Positions 12,806 through 27,210 of a DNA stretch of 55,444 bases are shown here, piece after piece. A program made the position numbers and the translations under genes. The notes under the pieces are model-generated. The model had not been told where the DNA came from, searched no databases, and was given only the letters and a program-made list of their open reading frames with translations. How positions within the stretch are numbered: the stretch's first letter is position 1; the number at the start of each line of letters is the position of its first letter. The stretch is taken from contig NC_068993.1 in assembly GCF_001194135.2 (NCBI RefSeq), positions 11,683,191 to 11,738,634 of the forward strand, in the 5' to 3' direction. Source of the stretch: Octopus bimaculoides (lineage: Eukaryota).

Positions 12806-13904
12806 TACTTATTTTAATATTCTTATTATCTATGATGATAAATCTTTCAGTAAAATAAGAGCAAGAGTGATTCTTAATAAAGTAACAAATACCTTCCAAG
12901 CTAATTGTTTGTTAAACACTGTTCTTCAGTTTATGCGTTTGTGAGTCCCTGTGTTCAACGTCGTTTCCATTTGCAAACCATCCAACCCCCTCACCTCTTA
13001 ATGTACCTTAATACATTGGCTTGCTAAGTGAGAATTATTAAAGTAATCACCGCTTGCAGAGAATAATAACTTACCGATTTAAAAGTGCTGCATTCGTCAC
13101 AAGGATTTTAAGGTTAGATAAGTCAGTGGATTTAATAAAATTAAAACCATTCCTGACAACACCGTCTCCATCGTCATTATAATCTCTGTGTTCTGTACAC
13201 ACACCTCTGCTGTTCGTCAATCCATTACTGAGTCATAGCTTGCTTTAAAGTAATGTTCTGTAATCTCACAGACTACGATGATCTTTACTGGTTAATGGTG
13301 CAGAGGGTACGTGGTGCAAAATTTCAGAAGAAAAGCTAACAATTTGGATTTCCAGAAATGCACGTTGCGATTAAAATCTGTTTATTTCTGAATCAATATT
13401 GACTCGATTTGAATAATGGTTACATTATATCTAGCTTCCTGTTTACTGTAGATCAGCCATCATATTCAAAAGCATAATCAAGATTGCTTTATGAGAAACA
13501 TTTACTTTTCCCAAAAAGCAAGTGAAGAAAGACAAAAAAGAACTATTTAAATACAAAGCTGACAGTGAAATATTTTCACCGTTGATTCTGCTATAGATTA
13601 TTACGATATACATCTCACAGTAAGTTTCTCTCTTCCTCGTAAATATTTTTAATCATTTATGTAACGACCTGCAGTCATTACGCTTCTTTCAGGCCATAAT
13701 ACCGCTTTATTACATACATTGTATCATTATAATAAAGAGGTAATAGACACGCTGAAATGATATTTTGATATAAACACTTCATAATCAAGTTGTCAAAAAA
13801 TAGTTTATATACGTTCCTAATTTTATCAGATTACATCAAATAAAAAATATTCCAAAATTTCCGAAACAATTACCAGTCCGCTTAAATAAAAGGCGAACCT
13901 CAAA

Positions 13905-13957
<53 letters not shown>

Positions 13958-13975
13958 TTCTAACTCTCACCTTCA

Positions 13976-14011
<36 letters not shown>

Positions 14012-16089
14012 GTGCTCACACACAAACACACACACATACACACTCATACATATAATTGCAGTTTTAAGCTAAGGGTTTTAAGTACATCGAATTTTAGCTT
14101 TGATAGGACAACTCCACAATGATGCGAATGGCATGTATGTGTTCAGTGATATACATACATACGTACATACATACATACATACATACTTACATACATACAT
14201 ACTTACATACACATATACGTACATACATACACAGATATAGATACAGAGAGACATATATGTTTATGTATATTCATTCCATGTTAGAAAGGGTTTTAATCAA
14301 AGAAATTTTAATTCTATTCTGTAAAATAATATTTAATTAGTTTAAATGTACACAAATGCATAAAACTATTTTTTAATTCCATTAGACATTCTAAAATACT
14401 ATTAAATTTCATTCAATTTAAAAACTTGTAAAATCGGACAGAAGTTATGCGATGACCTTATATTTATTGGATATTTCGTATTAACTGCTTTATGAAGACT
14501 TCGGTAAAATGAATGCTGCAATCGTAGTGTATAACTGGCTGTATTGAACATGCTTACATTATTGCTAGATTGCACATCTACGTTAATTTTCTTTAGACTT
14601 GTACACTATACTGATTCTCTGTACCTGTCTCAATGACAGTGTGTTAACTGGAACTTGTCTATGTTGTAGATATATTCGTTATAGTTTGTTTTTGTTTATA
14701 TTGGCTATGTGAGATGTAATTCCTAGGGCCATGCCGGACATAGTCGTGCAGCAAATCAATACATGGTTCTAAAGAACGGCTTAATATTTATGAAAATATA
14801 TGATTTCTCCGCCAATTTACTTGGCATTGTTAGAAACCATTCTGTGCAAAACGAAAACAGTTCGATTGCATTTGAGGACATCATTGTCTACGGGAAGGAT
14901 ATTTGACACACTCGGCATATTTACATAAATGTACAGAATCAGTTATTTCAACGTTATCTACCAACTAACACAGTAATGTACTAAATGATATCACCACAGT
15001 GAGTTATGTTGGAAAAACGTTTGAGTGAGTGTGTAGAACAGATTAGCGTTGATATCCGTAGTTGATATGACACTCAACATTTCGTCGACAACACCAGTGT
15101 GGTTTGCGAAAGTGAAAAGCTCTTCTGAATGTATATTCAATGTAAAATACAAGGCTTGGTATAAACAATGACGTTAATATGCACATAAATATCTAGACTG
15201 GAAAGGGCAACCACATGAACAACAAAGAGAAGAATTAATTTATTACATTAATATGAACTTCCACAATATCTCAAACAGCAAACTAAAAGTCAACGTCTGC
15301 AAAATGACTGTCACTTAATCAAACTTTACTAAATATAACAATAAGAGAATACGATAGCTTTGATAATTGTAATAATTACAATATTACAGGAGTGGTCAGA
15401 AAAATCATTTTCAGCGATATCTTCGTCAACAAAAGCAACAGCTATCTCAGTGGCAGCCACAACAACGGCAACAGCAGCAACAAGAAGTGAGTTAAGAATG
15501 ACAGAAAGAAGACAAAAGACAAGGGAATCTAAAATACAGACCAGCTGCAATTAACATCTAAATAGCAAAAATTAAACAAAGAGATAGCAAAAGACTGAAT
15601 GACAACCTAAGTAACACCACAACAGTAGAAAAATATGTAACCTTTCGCTAATAGACCGTCTACGTAAATAATATGTAAATATAGTAAATATAGTAATAGC
15701 TACAACACTATTTTCACAATCCTATTAAGTACAACGACCCTTCTTTGCAAGACTGAGTTTATTGATAGAACTCGTATAAAAAGAAACATACACCAAACCT
15801 ACACACACTAGGACGGCTGGCCGATAATAGGCTTTTGTTCTGCACTCTTGTAGTATATCTTTCTCATATTTGATAAGAATAATTAACCTTTCTCGAGTAT
15901 AGCACAATTATTGAAATCCAATATAAGGTAATACAGTATATATTTTATATCTGTTGATAAATTACGTGCGAGCACACCGTACGACCTCTCACACAATTGG
16001 TTAAAGAGGAATTCTTGATGCGGTCATACAAGTAGGGCACAAAGGTCCTAAGTTCAAGAGCAATGAAAACAAATTATAATACTCACTGC

Positions 16090-16980
16090 CGTAGGAGACG
16101 TAAGTTTAAGATTTACTCCTACTGTTAGTTATATCACTATTGATAGGCAGGCGTGCGAAGCTACGTAAGCACGGGGACGTCTAAAATGTTAGTGGACTGA
16201 TACAAATTCTGGAAATAACGGCCTTAATAACGCGTGCACCCTCATCCTGGCGAACTAAAAGCAAAGGTCCATTAGTGAAAAGTTACAAATGGGAATTGCC
16301 CCGTCAATGCACAATATTGCTGGCAGTACAGATAATATAGCAGTGAAATTGTTTGACTTGCACAGATTGGATTTCGCAAAACCAACATAGAGGTTTTGTT
16401 GAATTGTTGAAAGAGCTGCCGCGGTCATCTGAAACGTGTCTAGACAGAATTTGCGTTATGCTAACAGATATGAACACGTTAGTATCTTCACAAATGGTGA
16501 TGGGTAGCTATATAGATTACAAATTTGTGATCTATTCACAAAGCTGTGATAGTTTATTAGATAGAGACCTTGTTACGAGGGAACAATTTTATTTGTAGTT
16601 GTCTGAAATTTTATGAGACAATTAAGTACCATTAGAATCAGTAGGGTATAATATATAATCAGATATACACAGTAATTAAGTAGAGGAATAGATGATTGGT
16701 AAAACGGAAGGTATCGTTTGAGATGGCAGCAACTACGACGTTACGATTTCGTGAAAAGATTTCTGTTAGCAGCATTAGGAGAGCTAAGAGACCTGTTCTG
16801 AGACCTAGTGAATTAATCTCGGTTAGTAACGAAGAGGTGCTACAAAAGGCATCAGGATTTCCGCCGTGCAGTAAAAAGTATATGCCACACAATATCAAAA
16901 TTATGTCATTTAATTTTCAGAAACATCAAATTGATAATAGGAGGCAAAATCAGTGAAACTTTCACTACAAATATCCAGAA
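16090..16980 (+). mobile_element. Decayed RTE-clade non-LTR retrotransposon (RT C-terminal half and thumb)
   Basis: LRYANR at ~16454 is a corrupted LRYADD. It is followed by EQFYL (cf. E.F.YLG) and ISVSNEEVLQKA (cf. RTE ISW...V.NEEVL.RA), in the correct order, with stops and frameshifts. Confidence 0.6.
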
Positions 16981-17900
16981 TTTCTTCTGCATTTTGAATC
17001 GAGATGTAGAGTGGGTCACGAAATATATTGCATTACCTACCCTGTGTTAGATATACGCAACATGATATATTACTTCGTAGTATTTTCTTTATTTTTTTGC
17101 AATCTTGCAAATCCTGGATATTGGTCTCTTATTCTAATATCAATTCAAATGCATTTGCACTAAACTTGACGCAATATAACGTTACAACTAGCATACTAAC
17201 ACACCTGTTTCAACTACCCAGGGACATATGTCCACACCGCTGCAATTATGAACGAAGGTCCTGTCTATCAAGTATCTTGGAATATCTATGTTGTGCTTAC
17301 CAAGGCCGTGTTTCGTTGGGTTTTCGTGGGTGAACGAGGTAATAAATGCTGTACAAAAATGTGAGTTAAGTATATACGAAGTTTAATTTGTGACGAGGGT
17401 GGTTCAGGAGGTTTGCTTAAGGTACTTAACTAACCATTTTATTCGACCTTTGTATAATACTGAACACATTTCTGAATTAGCTTCTATGTATATATATATA
17501 CATATANNNNNNNNNNNNNNNNNNNNNNNNNNNNNNNNNNNNNNNNNNNNNNNNNNNNNNNNNNNNNNNNNNNNNNNNNNNNNNNNNNNNNNNNNNNNNN
17601 NNNNNNGATATGCATGTATGTTTATATATATATATATACATGTATTCTTTCTTTGTTATTCTTTTATTTGTTTCAGTTATATCATTTCAATATATACACA
17701 AATATACACACATATATACATAGGCATCATATATTAAATATATATGTGTTTGTGACTGTGTTTGTGACTGTGTCTGTGACGACTGTGTCAGTGTATACAT
17801 ATGGATACCCACTCACACGCAAATACATGCATCAAAGTACGCCAGTCAATGTGCATATTCATTTATCTATATGTATATACATATGTGTGTGTGTTTGTGC

Positions 17901-17979
<79 letters not shown>

Positions 17980-18649
17980 GAGAGGCAGAGAGGGAGAGAG
18001 ATAGAGATCTTGCGTATAAGTTTCAATGCATACATGTACTTATGAGTACGTACATATATGCGTTTCTATGCATTTATGCATACGTGTATCTGTATGAATT
18101 TTCATGTCTGCTGTTACACATACATATTGCAAATGTTCTTTTGTTATAGAAATATAGTTATAGAAAATACATTTACCAAATGTATCTAAAAAATATGAAT
18201 ATCATTAAATTGCTATGATTAAATTCTGCTGATAAGTTTTTGTGTATTTTTCAACTGAACATTTCTTTACAATGAATTGCATAATTGCCATTCTAAATGC
18301 AGTGCTTTAAGCTCACAGACATATGCTGATTCGTGAGCACATAGGAATCGATTTTATCTTCAACTGGTATTTATATAAGCTTTCGGCTGAAAATTTTGGC
18401 GGCGTAATTTTTGCTGAATCTTTCAACTCACTCCATCGAATATTGCATTTTGGAGAGTGTTTAATCATGAAGAGAATGGCAGAATGGGTTATATAAGTTA
18501 ATTTCGTGAACACCAGTATTCGATTTCGGTCTATGTATTGTGTGGTTTCTGGAGCCAAAGTCTTTTTTTTTCTATATCATTGATGTACTCGAACGTTGGT
18601 AGTAACTCTGGGAAGACGGAATTTGTGTTGGAAGACGACAATGATGATT

Positions 18650-18712
18650 ACTATGATGATGATGATCATGATCATCATCATCATCATCATCATCATCACA
18701 TCATCATCATCA

Positions 18713-18754
<42 letters not shown>

Positions 18755-18760
18755 TATCAA
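18650..18760. repeat. (GAT)n/(CAT)n microsatellite
   Basis: Direct inspection. Confidence 0.95.
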
Positions 18761-19641
18761 CCAAGAGGAGCATGCGCTCTTCCTCAATTACATGTCTTTT
18801 GTCATAAATATTTGGTCGGCACAAACATCGGGAAATAAGCAGAGCACAGATATTGAGCATAAGACTGCCAATCGAATTGAAAATCAGATCGAAAAGAAAC
18901 ACTACCACAGTTTCTGGTGATCCCCTTATGAAAATTACGCTAAGCGTCTATAAAATGTGTCGCCACGTGATATAGAACTTGTTTTAATTAATCGAATCAC
19001 TGAACCCTCGTCATCGAATGTAATCGAGTCTGTTTCAAGTAATTTATCAAGATGGCGTGCCATTACATTCGTTCCTATGTGCTTTTGCAACAATTTTACG
19101 TTCATCTCGCATATTATATTATTCATAATTTTAAAAAGTAACGAATACTGCATACAGCTGTTAAAATATTCTATCTTACTGTAAATATTTAATTGTAAGA
19201 TATGCCTTTTCTTTTTCCTTAACACTGCAGATGTTTTAAGAATTGCGTACTTAAATATGTGAATGCGGTGTAAATCTTCCTTATAATATCTTCATTTCAG
19301 TTTCAAATTTTAAACCATGATTCCCGTTAACACCAAGTGGTTATCTCCCTTTTAATAACTGCACCCGTTTGAGGGATCACATGCTGTATAAACATTTGCT
19401 TTATAATTAGTTTCCGGAATAACCGTCTTGATGTGTCAGCGTTCTGTACGAAGTTGAATTAACCAACTTGTTAAAGATCACAATGTTAATTAACTAGGAA
19501 TTTTCTCAAGTAAAATATGGTATTTATCAAATATTCGGAATTTGCGTTTGTGAGTTACTAAGACTCTCTTCCACAAATCGTTCTCAAATCTATCACAGAG
19601 AAATCAGTTGACGCTCGTTAAAGACTTTCTTCTTCAAATGG

Positions 19642-19693
<52 letters not shown>

Positions 19694-19717
19694 AATAATA
19701 AAAATTAAAAAAAATAA

Positions 19718-19775
<58 letters not shown>

Positions 19776-19812
19776 GTAATAATAATAATAATAGTAATAA
19801 AGTAATAATAAC
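19642..19812. repeat. (ATT)n immediately followed by (AAT)n
   Basis: Direct inspection. Confidence 0.95.
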
Positions 19813-20184
19813 AACAATGTTATTAATATTGCTGCAGCTGGTAATAAGGCCCTGGTACAGGAGTTAGAAGCTTTTGAGTGGTGAGGTACCCAGGTACTAG
19901 TTAACTAGCTTGTAAATCACCGGGACAAAGGATCCCAAGTTCTCTTTAGAACGCCTTCTAGGAGAAAGGAATGTCGTATAAAAACAATCTAAGGTGCAGT
20001 TGGTTCTGGTCATTTCAGCCCCTATTGTGCAACTGGTTTTATAGCTGATTGCGTTGAAATATGTGTTCCATGCTGTGCAACACTTTATCCTATTGAAACA
20101 AATTCATGTACAGAAACTTCTTGGACTCTAGGAATATTTACATGGGTTTACTGAATTTAGGATGTGGTCTTACTCGTTTATTAA

Positions 20185-20395
20185 TAAGACGGTAAGCGCA
20201 AAAAGTCCTTAGCACTTCGGATAAAATTCTTAGCGTCATTTATTCCGGTTCTTTATGTCTTGAGTTCGAATTTACATGTGGGTGAGATTGCCTTTCATCC
20301 GCTTCAGGTCAGTGAATCGAGGCACCATTCAACTAATGAGATCCATTAACCGCCTCCCCAGATATAACTGCCCTCCTACCTATCCTAAAAAGATT
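20185..20395 (+). mobile_element. SINE family A, highly degenerate
   Basis: TAAGACGGTAAGCG..TTAGCAC..GAGTTCGAATT..GCCTTTCATCC..CCTCCCCAG is collinear with other family-A copies. Confidence 0.6.
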
Positions 20396-20397
20396 TT

Positions 20398-20690
20398 GTT
20401 GTTGATATTGATGTTGTTGTTGTTGTTGTTGTTGTTCTTCTTCTTCTTCTTCTTCTTCCTATTCCCCTTCTCCTTCCTCTCTCTCCTCTTCCTCTTCTTC
20501 TTCTTCCTCTTCCTGCACTTCCTCTTCTTCTTCTTCTTCCTCTTCCTCTTCTTCTTCTTCTTCCTCTTCCTCCACTTCCTCTTCTTCTTCCTCTTCCTCT
20601 TCTTCTTCTTCTTCTTCTTCTTCTTCTTCTTCTTCCGCTTCCTCCCCTTCCACTACTTCTCCCTCTTTCTCCTCCTCTCCCTCCTCCTCA
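20398..20690. repeat. (TTG)n then a (TTC/CTC)n polypyrimidine tract
   Basis: Direct inspection; explains the poly-E and poly-F ORFs. Confidence 0.95.
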
Positions 20691-22399
20691 TACAAAATAT
20701 ATTTCCTCATTTTTAAAACTTGAGTTTTATATAAAGTTGCCTTGCCTCCTGTTTCAAGACAGTGGAACAGCAATATCCATTCGATGTTTATTAGAATATT
20801 CTGCGCTGTGAGTTTATATTCCACTTTATCTGACTCATCATGGATTTGGATATGAAATATATCCTGAAACAATTCAGTAGGTTGGTAGGACTCTGGGTCG
20901 GGTACAATGGCTCATGATATATGTCCTTCCTATTTACTTTCAGGCGATAACTCCTGCGAAAATCATGGGGCTAAGCAAGTGTACGCACACACAACTGCCA
21001 ATCTTCCTAGTGAAACCTTACCCGGAAATGCGCAAACTCATGTGCCTCTTTAAGCAACAGTCTCTTTGTTAGTGTCAATAATGATGCTAGTATGAATAAT
21101 GATAATTTTCAACATCATAACTATGATGATGATGGTAATCTTGATGATGATGAGGACGACAATGATGAAAAGGAAACTACGATGACGATGACAATAATGA
21201 AGACGATGTGTACGACGAAGACGATGATAATTTTGAACATGTTCAACAACATCTTCATCGTAGTGAAGATGACATTGATCATCATAGCGATGCCATTGAG
21301 GAATTGGAAGAGAAGTTGAGTGGATTATGTTAAGGAACTGATGAATAAAGTACTTGCTGATATTTTACAATGACTTGCACAATTTGGACTAGAATATCTC
21401 GATTTCTTATTCAGCTATTCTTCAAATATTTTAATTCCAACTGTGACCTTAACTGAAGTTATCAGAAACGCAGCGTAAAAACAATGTTGGTCTTAAAACC
21501 AATAGACGAACAGTATTTTACAAATGAGTGGTAGTAACTGCTGCCAATAATCTCCATTTTCAGTATCTTTCATTTCCTTTTAAAGTTGCTAACACAACGT
21601 ACGGATATTGGCAGCTCAAAGGAAATCACAGAATACCTTTGTTCTGTATGTATAAATTTTAATCTGCTTCCATGTAAGCGAGTTGTTATATTTACTTGCC
21701 TTCAAGATCTGCATGTCAATTCGATATTTTTATTTAGATAAAAAAAAAAATGACTTCAATGACAAGAACTTGATAGTAATATAGTATTATGTCGAACCAA
21801 TTTCTACTGATTCTATGCATATTTCATGTTAATTGCTTGAGGTCTGGCGTCATCCAAGAACACTTTTAACGACTAAGATTCAAAAATAAGTTGCATATGT
21901 ATCAAAATGAACTGTCTGAAAATGTCCTTTCTCTTTGTATGGCAGTCTAGCTGTTTTGAATACGATTTGTATGAGAGGAAATCGGTGACTGCTTAGATTA
22001 AGAAACTGTGATAATCATATTATTTGTATTGAAAATAGTAACTCTAAGAAAGGCAAATAGGAAAACTGGAGAAGGTTTTCAGAAGTAATCCCAGTAATTA
22101 TAGGCACCGTTAAGAATAGACTTCTTATAATTTTCTTAAGAAAATTGTTAATTGTATAATAGACGCCTGTTCTACTAGGAAGAACAAAGATCATTTGAAC
22201 GATCCTCAATGTCTAAAGTAAATAGTTTTGATCCGTTTTCATGGCTATTGATTCGAAATGTAACACGTTTATGTCTGCTTCTAAATAAGAAAGTCATAGT
22301 GTTATAAAAAAATTCAAATTTTGGCTGAAGCTCAGAACATTGTGATGGCGGCGGCAAGTCACACCAGCCACTTTTATTCTTCCTTATTTCAATGAAAAG

Positions 22400-22720
22400 A
22401 TGGCAACAAAATCATTTGCACTGCCAATAACGATTTCACACTCTGGACAATGTTGGTGAGCACTCATATACCGATCAGTGGTGGCGAAGCTCAGGACCAA
22501 GCACCCAAACCTAACGATATATCCTAGCTGCTCAAAACCAGGCCATATTTAATAGAAACTATCAAGCAAATGTATTCAAATATGGAGCAGATCCCAAATG
22601 AAGAACCTGTGATTAACAATTCAACAAAATTGACCAAATAATTTCAGGATGTTCTATCTTGGCCCCAGACATGACCAGGCAGGTCGCTATGTTCATTGGA
22701 TAATATACAAATATAAGTTA
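22400..22720 (+). mobile_element. Decayed R4/Dong-clade LINE fragment (region around the zinc knuckle)
   Basis: Reads DQWWRSSG, then ILAAQNQAIFNRNYQANVFKYGADPK*RTCD*QFNKIDQIISGCSILAP (cf. HQWL.SSGLK..ILAAQDQ...RNYQ......DPKCR.C...ETIDHL.SGC..LA). Confidence 0.75.
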
Positions 22721-24820
22721 TAATGAATGATTCTTTTCTATTTTCTAATCTATATATTTGCAAATCTTATTGACCCATTATATTTGCATTTCGGTATTTT
22801 ACGTATATACTTACATAAAACTACGTCCATTCATCTATGCATCATGCTAGTCAGTGCCATGTATATGGACACAAATAGGCAAGTACAGTCATAAGATATA
22901 TATCTAGCAGGTATTATTGATTTATTAGTATTATCTGCCCCTCAAGCGGAGCATTGTGGTAATCACCTGAGCGTACGATTTGTAGTACAAGCAGAATCTT
23001 CGACTGAACCCCGGCACGCGTTGTCACAGATCATTCCGTGATAAGCTTAACACGGTTCACGGTCGATCATACCATGCTATCCCGGATCAGTGCTGAATGA
23101 ATCAATGATAAATGAAGGTAGATGTATATGACTGCTAAGTGTTTCATCAAGTGATAATAGGCTTTGTGAATTCTTAAAGTAAAACATATCCCACAGATTA
23201 ATTCTATAACACATTTACCAATGTTGTGAGATGCGTACATGCTTTACAGATCTGTCGATTCATTGATAGGTTGGTAGCACCTCTTTGTTTCCTTTTGTTA
23301 AGAGTTTTTCTTCTCCGTCTTTCCTGCCACTGTTTCTTCCGTTCGTTCCTTCCTGAATCAGCGAAATCTCATTTCCTTCGAGTTCAACATGTTTTGTTCT
23401 TGATATCCTTAACCAAATACATACATATCAGAACAGAGAGAAAAAGAAAATGTTCTCACTTATACATTCACTCATTGAAATGTTTTAAATGTTACTTCTT
23501 GTACTTTTCTTAATGTTAATTAACGAAGATGTTTCTGAAATAAAATAAGACATTTCGCAAATATTTTACCACAGTCGATACATCCTCGCTTTCTCTGATC
23601 TTGTTCGCCTTTTCTATTCGCTTGATGATCAAATGATTGCACATATTCAAATTCAAACATCAATATTTAGTGAGCTAATTGTTAAGCAGATATATTGATA
23701 ATAGAATGCAGCCTTGCGATCTGTTGCATTCATCCATACATCTAGAGTCTATAAGAGAGAGAATATATATTTTTTTTTAATTCATCTATTTATGCAAATT
23801 TCCTTGTGTTGATTTTCAGAATGTATATATATCAAAACACATGCCGATGTGTGTACTAACGTAAAGGATATGTATGATACAAATAAAAACACATATTTAC
23901 GACATTGAAAAACATAAACAACAAAAGCACACACGCATATGCACGAATACAATACAGCGTGACATGGGAAAACAACCTTAGAGACACACACACATATACG
24001 TACATATATACGCTTTCATATGCATTTATATAAATGAGAAGTAACGTACTTTTGATGACGGTTAGTGTATATTCATTCATTTGGTAGTGCTTTATTGTGT
24101 GTTAGAAGTGTATTCTCACAATCACATTTGGTTCCAAAACAAATAGATCTAAAACAAATATGTTGATATGACAATTCGCAAACGCACACATTTAACCCAC
24201 ACTTATATGTGTTTCAGTTGAAATACACATACACACAAACGCACTAATACACACACACACACACACACAGACACACACACACGCATACACTCAAGCACAC
24301 TTGTATACGAGCCTATTCACAAAATGACAGCCGCATAAGAAGTGTTATGGAGAAATTGATGGCAGGCGATATATATATAATCATATATATATANNNNNNN
24401 NNNNNNNNNNNNNNNNNNNNNNNNNNNNNNNNNNNNNNNNNNNNNNNNNNNNNNNNNNNNNNNNNNNNNNNNNNNNNNNNNNNNNNNNNNNNNNNNNNNN
24501 NNNNNNNNNNNNNNNNNNNNNNNNNNNNNNNNNNNNNNNNNNNNNNNNNNNNNNNNNNNNNNNNNNNNNNNNNNNNNNNNNNNNNNNNNNNNNNNNNNNN
24601 NNNNNNNNNNNNNNNNNNNNNNNNNNNNNNNNNNNNNNNNNNNNNNNNNNNNNNNNNNNNNNNNNNNNNNNNNNNNNNNNNNNNNNNNNNNNNNNNNNNN
24701 NNNNNNNNNNNNNNNNNNNNNNNNNNNNNNNNNNNNNNNNNNNNNNNNNNNNNNNNNNNNNNNNNNNNNNNNNNNNNNNNNNNNNNNNNNNNNNNNNNNN
24801 NNNNNNNNNNNNNATATATA

Positions 24821-24851
<31 letters not shown>

Positions 24852-24944
24852 ACATATATGTATATATATACATAAACATATATCCATATACACATATTTA
24901 TGTAAACACACAGGCACACATATATGTGCATAAAACTGAATAGG

Positions 24945-24991
24945 AAGATAGATAGATTGATAGATAGATAGATAGATAGATATATATATAT

Positions 24992-25033
<42 letters not shown>

Positions 25034-25105
25034 TGATAGATATATAGATGGACAGATAGATAGATAGATGGACAGATAGATAGATAGAGTGATATATAGA
25101 TGGAT
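24945..25105. repeat. (GATA)n microsatellite
   Basis: Direct inspection. Confidence 0.95.
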
Positions 25106-26799
25106 AGATACATGAATACTGAGAAACGCATGCTTGTATGTAAACATTAATGTGCAGAAATAGAAATCTTAGAATCTGCTTAATTTTTGTACATCTTATA
25201 CACAGCATGCACATGCTACATGTACATGCTGCATGTTAATATGTACATGTGTTATGTATTTACCGATTATTAACATGCATTTATGTCTTAGTGTATGCAC
25301 GTAGGTTCCTGTGCTTTTGCGTGTGTATATGCACGAGTAGCTATATGTGTACGTGTGTTTTCCTTAATTTGACTGATGTAAAGTTATCTATATTTAGAAA
25401 GAAAACAACAGTGTTAAATTGAAGAGATTGAAGACGAAATAACCAAAACGTGAACAGAAGAAAATTGCAAATGCAAAGATATTCTGTGAGCAGCTTCACA
25501 TGTAAAAAGGCCAATAGATTTACAGAGAAAAGAAGAAATCAAATATTGGGCTGCAATTTCCATTGGGAGATTACACAGGCTCGGTTTCCGTACAAGCGGA
25601 AATTGCTACAGAACAATTCTCTTTAACGGAATTCTTTTCGAGTAAATTTAAATATGAATACGTAACGTTCACCTATAGAATAACAGCTATTGTATGTGTG
25701 GATTCTGATTTTTCGCATCAGATTTCTGGAACTCTTTACTAAGTTCGCATGAAGCCATTCAGATATTCAGATATGGTTGCTGTTAGGTTATTAATGGCGC
25801 TGAGATATCAAATGATTCACTGTTACCAAAATTGAATTTCAGCACCTAGGGAGGGAGAAACAACGATTTCTTTTGCACAAGGTTGTCGAATTTATAATTA
25901 AAATACTTTTATTGGCTTTCCTTAGTATTCAGAAATGATTTTGTGGTTATTGTGTATTTGTAGGTATTTATTTGGATTAATTTCTAGTTTTTATTTATAT
26001 TTATATGTACTACCAGTTCTAGCCAACTACATAATAACACTCTCCTCAGAAAAAAAATGGCGTCTGCGTTTGTTAAATGCAATTACTTTTACGTGTACAT
26101 ACATGCACACATGCAGAAGCAGTATCTCATATAAAACAAACTCAAATGCAAGCACAAACACAGGCACAAATACGCATTCAGCAAAACAGGTTTATGCATT
26201 CTTTAAATATCTAAATACACAAATACATACACACGTTCAAAGACACAAATAAACACACACAAATTCATATTAAATTCTGTGTGTATGAGGGTGTGTTTAT
26301 TTTAATAGAATATGCACACTTATTTGGACAAAAATAGCAACCAATTTAGCAATTAATTACGGATACTAAATGGAATTTTTATGCTAAAATTTATGCGTTT
26401 TCACTGATAATCAATGTAAAACACACAAGCAAAAACATCCGTACACATACACAAATCATTCGACACACATGCACGCAAACTGTTTTAATATAAAGATATA
26501 TATATCTACTCACACACACACGCACACACACACAGATACACACACACACACACGCATACATATAGTGTTTGTGTGAGTATGGAACAAAGGGTTATATATG
26601 TGTGCATACGTGTAGTATTTATCTAATCAACATTGCATTCCATTTGAAATTAGTACGCGAAAAGAAAGTGGTATGAAAACATATTAACGATATAAAACCA
26701 TCACTTAGCTGTTAGATATTTTAAATGTTGAAATTAGTAATTAAGCTTCTCTTTATATTTGTTGTTTTTTTTTCTTGTAAATTTTAGCTGAAGGCTATC

Positions 26800-26925
26800 A
26801 ATTTACGAGGAAGTGAGTAGTCAATTACTTCACTGATACTTTATTTTGTCGAACCCAAACAGATGATCGGTAAAATTGACCTCGGTAAAATGTGAACTCA
26901 GAGCGTAAGATGTCAGAATAACGTT
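26800..26925 (-). mobile_element. SINE family A internal fragment
   Basis: Reverse complement contains TTACGCTCTGAGTTCACATTTTACCGAGGTCAATTTTACCGATCATC..GGGTTCGACAAAATAAAGTATCAGT. Confidence 0.65.
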
Positions 26926-27078
26926 GTTCCGTATCCTGCTCGGCGTCTTAATAATATCAATGCTAATAAAATCTATAATCTATCAATCAATGCGTTATAT
27001 TATAAAATTATTTTCCTTTTCTTTCTTGAATGTCAGTTCATCAGATTTGATTAAAAACGAAATATTAACGAAACTGCA

Positions 27079-27079
<1 letters not shown>

Positions 27080-27128
<49 letters not shown>

Positions 27129-27178
27129 ATGTGTGTGTGTGTGTGTGCGTGTGTGTGTGTGTGTGTATGTGTGTGTAT

Positions 27179-27209
<31 letters not shown>

Positions 27210-27210
27210 A
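27080..27210. repeat. (TA)n(TG)n microsatellite
   Basis: Direct inspection. Confidence 0.95.
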
